Assembly: GCA_947478865.1 (NCBI GenBank)
Contig: CANJXF010000007.1
Coordinates: forward strand, 1,273-65,272
Direction: 5' to 3'
Length of the DNA: 64,000 bases
Source: Verrucomicrobiales bacterium
GTDB taxonomy: Bacteria > Verrucomicrobiota > Verrucomicrobiia > Limisphaerales > CANJXF01
The translations under genes were made by a program, and so were the position numbers. Of the stretch, positions 58,348 to 64,000 are shown one piece after another (position 1 is the stretch's first letter; each line of letters opens with the position of its first letter). The notes under the pieces were generated by a model. The model made no database searches. It saw only the letters and a program-made list of their open reading frames with translations, and was not told the origin of the DNA.

Positions 58348-60354
58348 ATGAAGCAAATGATTTTGCTGCTCGCACTTGCCCTTCTCGCCACAACCATGCA
58401 CGCCGGTGATAAAAAATCTTCCAAACCCGCCGGACCGCCATCCCGCGGCGACCTGATGCTTGCTGATTATTTCCGCAACGAAACGGCGCTGCTCACCGGG
58501 CCTTGCCTGGCGACGGTGCGCACGCCTGAGGATTGGAAAACGAACCACGATGAATCGCGCCGGCAACTACAGGAAATGCTCGGCCTTTCGCCATGGCCGG
58601 AACGCACGGACTTGAAACCGGTCGTCACGGGCAAGCTCGATCATGACGAATTCACGGTGGAAAAACTGCATTTTCAGGCGCTGCCCCACCTTTACGTCAC
58701 CGCAAACTTGTATCTGCCCAAGCATGCGACCAAGCCGGCGCCGGCGATTCTTTATGCCTGCGGCCACAGCCGGGTGGTCGTTGACGGCGTGAGCTGCGGC
58801 AGCAAAGCGGGCTACCAGCGCCACGGCGCATGGTTCGCGCGCAACGGCTACGCGTGCCTCGTCATCGACTCGTTGTCGCTCGGGGAAATCATGGGGGTCC
58901 ACCGCGGCACCTACAGCGAACGGATGTGGTGGTGGAATTCGCGCGGATACTCGCCGGCAGGCGTGGAAGCGTGGTTTGGCATTCGGGCGCTGGATTACCT
59001 CTGCTCGCGGCCCGAGGTGGACAAGGAACGCATCGGCATGACGGGACGCTCCGGCGGCGGCTCCTATAGTTGGGCGGTCGCGGCGCTGGATGATCGCGTG
59101 AAAGTCGTGGCGCCGGTTGCAGGGATTACTGACCTGCAAAACCAAGTGGTGGACGGCTGTGTGGAAGGGCATTGCGACTGCATGTTTTTCGTGAACAAAT
59201 ATCGCTGGGACTTTCCGCAATTGGCCGCGCTGGTCGCACCTCGACCGCTGCTCCTCGGCAACTCAGACAAGGACCGGATCTTTCCACTGGATGGCGTGAT
59301 CCGTCTGCACGAGAAAACCCGCCGCATCTACGAGCTTCTCGGGGCCACCAACCACCTCGGCCTGCTGATTACGGAAGGCCCGCACGAGGACACGCAGGAA
59401 TTGCAGGTGCAGGTGTTCCGCTGGTTTAACCGCTTTCTCAAGCACGAAGAGCCTTTGATCGAGATGGCCGCCAAAGAATTCTTCACTCCGCAGCAACTCA
59501 AAGTTTTCGAGACTATCCCGGCCGACCAGGTGAACACGAGCATCCACGAAAGCTTCGTTCCATCGGTCAAACGGCCCGCCGCCGGGGCGGTGCGGCAACC
59601 GCGCGAATCGTTGCTCGCGACTTTGAAGGAACAGAGCTTCCGAGGCTGGCCGGCGGACGAGCCGCCCTTGGAAGTGAAACAGGTTTTGTCCGCTGAACAT
59701 CTCAGCGTGAAATTGAGCGCCTGGGATTTCACGAGCCAGCACGACGTGCGACTGCGGCTTTATCTCCTCGAACCCGCCGCGGCCAAATCCTCGAAGCAAA
59801 TATCCATCAACGTGCTCGACGATCCGGATTGGCCAGGTTGGCTGGGCGCAATGCGCGCGGGCTTCGAAAAAGAATTGGCCGAAGAATTGCCGGGCGACGA
59901 CAAAAACAAACCAGCCGCTGATCCCGCGGGGTTTGCCGAATTGATTCGCCAGTTGGACGACGGAAAAACCGCCCTGGCGTTCTTCGCGCCGCGCGGCGTT
60001 GGGCTCACGGCGTGGACGCGCGATGAGAAAAGGCGCACGCAGATCCGCCGCCGTTTCATGCTGCTGGGCCAGACGCTCGATGGAATGCGCGTGTGGGACA
60101 TCCGCCGCGCCGTTCAAGCCGTTCATTTCATCCGCGAGACCGGAGCGGCCAACGTTGGTTTAAGCGCCGGCGCCGCCATGGGTGTGAATGCGCTCTACGC
60201 ATCCTTGTTTGAGGCGGGCGTTCGACAACTGGACCTGAAGCAGCTGCCGAAGTCGCAGCGCGAAAGCTCGGATTACTTGAATGTCCTGAAGGTGCAGGAT
60301 CTCCCGCAAGCGTTGGAGCTGGCCCGGGAGCACGCGCAGGTGACGGCGCGGTAA
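58348..60354 (+). CDS. Secreted alpha/beta hydrolase (acetyl-xylan-esterase/S9-like) with a second alpha/beta-like C-terminal half
   Basis: It has a signal peptide from ATG 58348, a nucleophile elbow GMTGRSGGGSY, and a second GxSxG (VGLSAGAAMG) in the C-terminal half. The upstream 151 codons of ORF 57895 overlap the DUF1080 gene antisense. Confidence 0.8.
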   Translation: MKQMILLLALALLATTMHAGDKKSSKPAGPPSRGDLMLADYFRNETALLTGPCLATVRTPEDWKTNHDESRRQLQEMLGLSPWPERTDLKPVVTGKLDHDEFTVEKLHFQALPHLYVTANLYLPKHATKPAPAILYACGHSRVVVDGVSCGSKAGYQRHGAWFARNGYACLVIDSLSLGEIMGVHRGTYSERMWWWNSRGYSPAGVEAWFGIRALDYLCSRPEVDKERIGMTGRSGGGSYSWAVAALDDRVKVVAPVAGITDLQNQVVDGCVEGHCDCMFFVNKYRWDFPQLAALVAPRPLLLGNSDKDRIFPLDGVIRLHEKTRRIYELLGATNHLGLLITEGPHEDTQELQVQVFRWFNRFLKHEEPLIEMAAKEFFTPQQLKVFETIPADQVNTSIHESFVPSVKRPAAGAVRQPRESLLATLKEQSFRGWPADEPPLEVKQVLSAEHLSVKLSAWDFTSQHDVRLRLYLLEPAAAKSSKQISINVLDDPDWPGWLGAMRAGFEKELAEELPGDDKNKPAADPAGFAELIRQLDDGKTALAFFAPRGVGLTAWTRDEKRRTQIRRRFMLLGQTLDGMRVWDIRRAVQAVHFIRETGAANVGLSAGAAMGVNALYASLFEAGVRQLDLKQLPKSQRESSDYLNVLKVQDLPQALELAREHAQVTAR

Positions 60355-60415
60355 AACCTCGCCGCCAATTATGAATTCAGATGAGTTTTTCTATTGAGCT
60401 TAAATTCCATTTCCC

Positions 60416-62155
60416 ATGAATCTCCATTCCATGAATAAACTTGCGTCTTTTCATTCGGCATTGAAACGCCGGATCTCCCTGACCCTTTGCGTCGCGCTCT
60501 GCTGCTCGGCCTTCACGCTCTTCGGCGCAAGCAAGCCCAACATCCTCATCATTCTTTCCGATGACATGGGCTATTCCGACCTGGGCTGTTACGGCGGAGA
60601 GATCAAGACGCCCAACCTCGATTCGCTCGCAAAAGGCGGAATCCGGTTCACGCAATTCTACAACACCGCCCGCTGCTGTCCCACGCGGGCTTCGTTGCTG
60701 ACCGGCCTTTACCCGCAGCAGGCGGGAATGGGCCACATGACGCACGACAGCGGCGTCGATGGTTATCGCGGCAACCTCAACCGCCAATGCGTCACGATCC
60801 CGGAAGTTTTGCGGAAGGCCGATTATCGCACTTACATGTGCGGCAAGTGGCACGTCACCCGTTTCGATGAGGCGGACAGCGACAATTCCAATTGGCCGGT
60901 GCAGCGCGGATTCGACAAATTTTACGGAACGGTCAAAGGAGGCGGCAGCTACTACGACCCCGCCGCGCTCTGTCGCCAGAACACGTTCATCACTCCGGAA
61001 AATGATCCCGAGTATAAGCCGAAAAAGTTCTATTACACCGAGGCAATCAGTGACAACGCCGTCCGCTTCCTTCAGCAGCACGGCGAGGAATCGCCCGAGA
61101 AACCGTTTTTCATGTATGTCGCCTACACCGCGGCGCATTGGCCGATGCATGCGCTGGAAAAGGATATTGTCAAATATCGCGGCAAGTTCGACGGGGGCTA
61201 CGGGCCGGTGCGCGAGGCACGAATCAAACAGCTGAAGAAGCTCGGCTTGCTCGATCCAAAATGGGCGGTGACACCGCAAGTCGGCGATTGGTCTACGGTG
61301 GAAAACAAAGCCTGGGAATCGCGTTGCATGGAAGTTTACGCCGCCATGGTGGACAACATGGATCAAGGAATTGGCCGGATCATTGCGCAATTGAAAAAGA
61401 GCGGCCGCCTCGACAACACGCTCGTTTTTTTCCTGCAAGACAACGGCGGTTGCGCGGAAGCGATGGGGCGATCGGCGCGGGTTGAGAAATCTTCCCCTGA
61501 AATCAAACCATACGGACCAAATGACCTTCAGCCGAACGTCGCGCCCTTCCAAACCCGCGACGGTCGCAAGGTGCGGATGGGGCCCGAGGTAATGCCAGGC
61601 ACCGAGGACACATTCATCGCCTACGGCCGCGCCTGGGCAAACGTTTCAAACACCCCGTTTCGCGAATACAAACATTGGGTTCACGAAGGCGGCATCAGCA
61701 CGCCGCTGATTGCGCATTGGCCAAAGGGAATTGAACCGAAACAACGCGGAAAACTGGCGCAGCAGCCCGGGCATTTGATCGATCTGATGGCGACGTGCGT
61801 GGATGTTTCCGGAGCAAGTTACCCGAAAGAAGTTCGCGGCGAAAACATCAAGCCGATGGAAGGAATGACGCTGCAACCGGTTTTCAAGGGAGAGGCCGCC
61901 CCACGAAAAGAACCGATTTTCTGGGAGCATGAAGGCAATCGCGCCATTCGTGACGGCGGGTGGAAACTGGTCGCCAAGGAAAATGAGCCGTGGGAACTTT
62001 ACGACATGGTCAAAGACCGGACGGAGACGCGCGACCTGGCGAAGGATCTTCCGGAAAAAGTCCGCGAGCTTTCCGCGAAATGGGATCGCTGGGCGGAGCG
62101 CGCAAATGTTTTGCCGCTCGGTTCCTGGCGCGGCAAGCCGACGGCTAAAAAGTAA
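60416..62155 (+). CDS. Arylsulfatase (Cys-type, formylglycine-dependent)
   Basis: It has a signal peptide, LSDDMGYSD, the CCPTRASLLTG (CxPxR) motif and GKWH. Confidence 0.92.
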   Translation: MNLHSMNKLASFHSALKRRISLTLCVALCCSAFTLFGASKPNILIILSDDMGYSDLGCYGGEIKTPNLDSLAKGGIRFTQFYNTARCCPTRASLLTGLYPQQAGMGHMTHDSGVDGYRGNLNRQCVTIPEVLRKADYRTYMCGKWHVTRFDEADSDNSNWPVQRGFDKFYGTVKGGGSYYDPAALCRQNTFITPENDPEYKPKKFYYTEAISDNAVRFLQQHGEESPEKPFFMYVAYTAAHWPMHALEKDIVKYRGKFDGGYGPVREARIKQLKKLGLLDPKWAVTPQVGDWSTVENKAWESRCMEVYAAMVDNMDQGIGRIIAQLKKSGRLDNTLVFFLQDNGGCAEAMGRSARVEKSSPEIKPYGPNDLQPNVAPFQTRDGRKVRMGPEVMPGTEDTFIAYGRAWANVSNTPFREYKHWVHEGGISTPLIAHWPKGIEPKQRGKLAQQPGHLIDLMATCVDVSGASYPKEVRGENIKPMEGMTLQPVFKGEAAPRKEPIFWEHEGNRAIRDGGWKLVAKENEPWELYDMVKDRTETRDLAKDLPEKVRELSAKWDRWAERANVLPLGSWRGKPTAKK

Positions 62156-62198
62156 TGACCTCAAACTAACAGCAGTGTAAACTTTACTTTCAAGACAT

Positions 62199-62255
62199 GC
62201 TTAACACCATTGCTCGACACGAAGAAAACGCACGTTTAGCGTCCATCCCATGAAA
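62199..62255 (+). repeat. Copy A of a 57-nt leader repeat (ends in ATGAAA)
   Basis: It is 47/57 identical to 62753..62809 in my hand alignment. Confidence 0.7.
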
Positions 62256-62299
62256 CCTTTTGCCCGGCAACACCGCAGCGTTGCACGGCATCGCTCATT

Positions 62300-62710
62300 A
62301 TGAACGCTCGACACTTCTTCCGTTGGCGACCCGTTTCCATGATCCTTATCATCCTCGCCATCCTTTATGGGGTGTTCACACCATTGAATATTTGGCTGGC
62401 GAACGTAACCCCGCAGCGCGGTGAGCAGCAGCTTTCACACGTTTTATATTGGGGAGCCTTCTGGAACGCGATCATTGCCATTCTTTGTTTTTTGGCAAGG
62501 CAGCTAATACAACGTCAGACTAGGGTGTGTCTTGCTCTGGGTGCATGCGTTATTGCGGCCGCCCTCTTCATTGTGATGCGGACTTGGCTTGGCAGCCTTC
62601 TCCAAGGACGAAATCCGCTTCCACTAACTGAGGTCGTTTTGATCTGGCTACCGATGCTGTACGCGATTATTTACGCACTTCGTGAAAGCAAACGAGAGGA
62701 CACCGTTTAA
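62300..62710 (+). CDS. Hypothetical 4-TM membrane protein
   Basis: The 136-aa hydrophobic ORF has an ATG that overlaps (ATGA) the stop of a 17-codon upstream ORF starting inside repeat copy A. Confidence 0.5.
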   Translation: MNARHFFRWRPVSMILIILAILYGVFTPLNIWLANVTPQRGEQQLSHVLYWGAFWNAIIAILCFLARQLIQRQTRVCLALGACVIAAALFIVMRTWLGSLLQGRNPLPLTEVVLIWLPMLYAIIYALRESKREDTV

Positions 62711-62752
62711 CCATCGCGAAGTTCAATCAGTATGTGCAGTCACAACCACGAA

Positions 62753-62809
62753 GCTTCACACCTTTGCTGGGCACGAAGAAAAGGCAGGTCTGGCGTCCAC
62801 ACCATGAAA
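62753..62809 (+). repeat. Copy B of the 57-nt leader repeat (its ATG is the lipoprotein start)
   Basis: It is 47/57 identical to 62199..62255. Confidence 0.7.
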
Positions 62810-63277
62810 ACTACGCTGCTATGTCTGCTCTGCCTCGGGTTTGCGGCCTGCAGTCCATCGCGTCCTTCACAGAAGCGCAGCGAGATTACAGGCACACAGC
62901 AGGAACGCGTTGCCCGTGCCACATCCATTCTCGCCAAGTATTGCCAACTGCCCGGCCCTTTCCTCGATGCCCGCATGGCCGAGGACGTCCACGATAACAG
63001 CGGCGGCATGGTTCCGGACCCTTCCTATTCGTGGCTCTCCGGAGTGATCATCGTACCCGCCACCGACCTCACCAAGTGGCGCGAGGCATTGTCTCCCGTG
63101 GTCACGCCAGCGCCGTCACCAAAGTTCACCAGCCCAGTTACCCCTCCGTCTTGGTGGCCAGCAGTGGCAGCATTCGAAGGCGTTGAGTTCTACTCACCTA
63201 AAAAGCTCACTGGCCGCTCCGGCGGTTTTGCAGCAATCTCGCCATCAGCTTCAGCCATTTACTTTTCGAGCTTTTGA
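62804..63277 (+). CDS. Hypothetical lipoprotein
   Basis: The product from ATG 62804 has a lipobox (LCLGFAACS) and a Pro-rich C-terminal half. I recognise no family. Confidence 0.55.
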   Translation: MKTTLLCLLCLGFAACSPSRPSQKRSEITGTQQERVARATSILAKYCQLPGPFLDARMAEDVHDNSGGMVPDPSYSWLSGVIIVPATDLTKWREALSPVVTPAPSPKFTSPVTPPSWWPAVAAFEGVEFYSPKKLTGRSGGFAAISPSASAIYFSSF

Positions 63278-63288
63278 ACCCAGCCATA

Positions 63289-64000
63289 ATGAAATTGACC
63301 TCAAACCTCATTGCCAAACTTTTCTTAGCCGCGCTCGTCTCCATCGTCTGCGTTGGAGTGCAGGCTGCCGAAACGAAGGCGGCCACCGCTGCGTCCGCCG
63401 GTTGGGCGGAAGTTGATATTACGCCGCCGCTCGGCATCGCGCTCGGAGGCCGTGGCGCTCCAGCCACCGCTTCAAAAAAAGTTCTCGATCCGCTCGTCGC
63501 CCAGGTGCTTTACCTCAAGGATGCGAACGGCGTCGGGTTCGTCTTGGTCTCGCTTGATCTGATCGGCATCGCGCATGAGTTGAGCGAAAAGATCCGGCTC
63601 GATATCGTCCATGAACTCGGCGTGCCGTGGGATCTGGTCGTGCTCAATTGCTCCCACACGCACAGCGGGCCTTACATGATCCGCAGCTTGATGGCGGGCG
63701 TGGGTCCTGCGCCGCAAATCGAAATCGACTATTTCAAATCGCTCGAAGAAAAAATCATCTCCGCCACACGCGCTGCGGCGAAATCCATGTCGCCGGTCAA
63801 AGTCGAAGTGTTCGAAGGCAAATCCCAGGTGGCCATCAACCGGCGCGGGAAAAATAAGCTGGGCGCGCGCGGAATCATTCCTGACCCGGATGGGCCGTTC
63901 GACGAAAACCTTTGGGTGATGAAATTATCGGCGCAGAACGGCCGGGCGCCCGCCGTAATTTTTTCCTACGCCTGTCATCCGGTGATTGTTTACGGCTTCG
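63289..64000 (+). CDS. Ceramidase-N-terminal-domain-like secreted protein, paralogue of 49061..50488; 3' end runs off the window
   Basis: The frame from ATG 63289 stays open to the window end. It has a signal peptide and shares the AEVDITPPLG and NCSHTHSGP blocks with the paralogue. It is absent from the ORF track only because it has no stop in the window. Confidence 0.75.
   Translation, partial: MKLTSNLIAKLFLAALVSIVCVGVQAAETKAATAASAGWAEVDITPPLGIALGGRGAPATASKKVLDPLVAQVLYLKDANGVGFVLVSLDLIGIAHELSEKIRLDIVHELGVPWDLVVLNCSHTHSGPYMIRSLMAGVGPAPQIEIDYFKSLEEKIISATRAAAKSMSPVKVEVFEGKSQVAINRRGKNKLGARGIIPDPDGPFDENLWVMKLSAQNGRAPAVIFSYACHPVIVYGF

Noticed and set aside
62199-62809. Tested whether the repeated leader is a sigma-54 or ECF-type promoter
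   Set aside because: Copy B has GGGCACG, but the -12 GC is displaced by 2 nt, and copy A lacks the GG. There is no clear GAAC/CGTC pair with ECF spacing in both copies. I leave it as an unassigned element.

Overview
This is a 64-kb, gene-dense, high-GC chromosomal segment that looks like a PVC-superphylum (Verrucomicrobiota-type) genome. It carries a PVC-type membrane-bound-dehydrogenase/HEAT/CxxCH protein, DUF1080, FG-GAP/VCBS, a Cys-type sulfatase and many lipoproteins. These sit among core housekeeping genes (rpsB-tsf-pyrH-frr, mnmE, argG, pyc, rpoD, thiG, panB, moaC, upp, htpX, amtB-glnK). I call about 60 CDS, one tRNA(CAU), one integrase pseudogene, two convincing intrinsic terminators and two repeat families. 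I see no rRNA, CRISPR array, intact transposon or prophage, or recognisable complete defence system. Most of the window is ordinary core genome, and the unusual parts are small. (1) A lower-GC two-gene islet (antitoxin-like 87-aa protein plus a 412-aa HEAT-repeat protein of unknown function) is bounded by a ~400-bp block of nested palindromes (REP/MITE-like). (2) A ~1.25-kb AT-richer insertion splits the normally contiguous pyrH-frr junction. (3) A frameshifted, truncated tyrosine-integrase N-terminus lies beside the tRNA. (4) A 57-nt leader repeat precedes two adjacent small envelope genes. (5) A BadF-type sugar kinase is fused to MurQ. (6) Lower-GC orphan ORFs are wedged between panB and moaC and sit downstream of a DUF6428 gene. 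I could not establish a genuine novel multi-gene system. The antitoxin-like/HEAT pair is the best candidate and remains an inference. All long ORFs antisense to the called genes are treated as GC-driven shadow ORFs. Product calls rest on motif recognition by eye, not on database searches.
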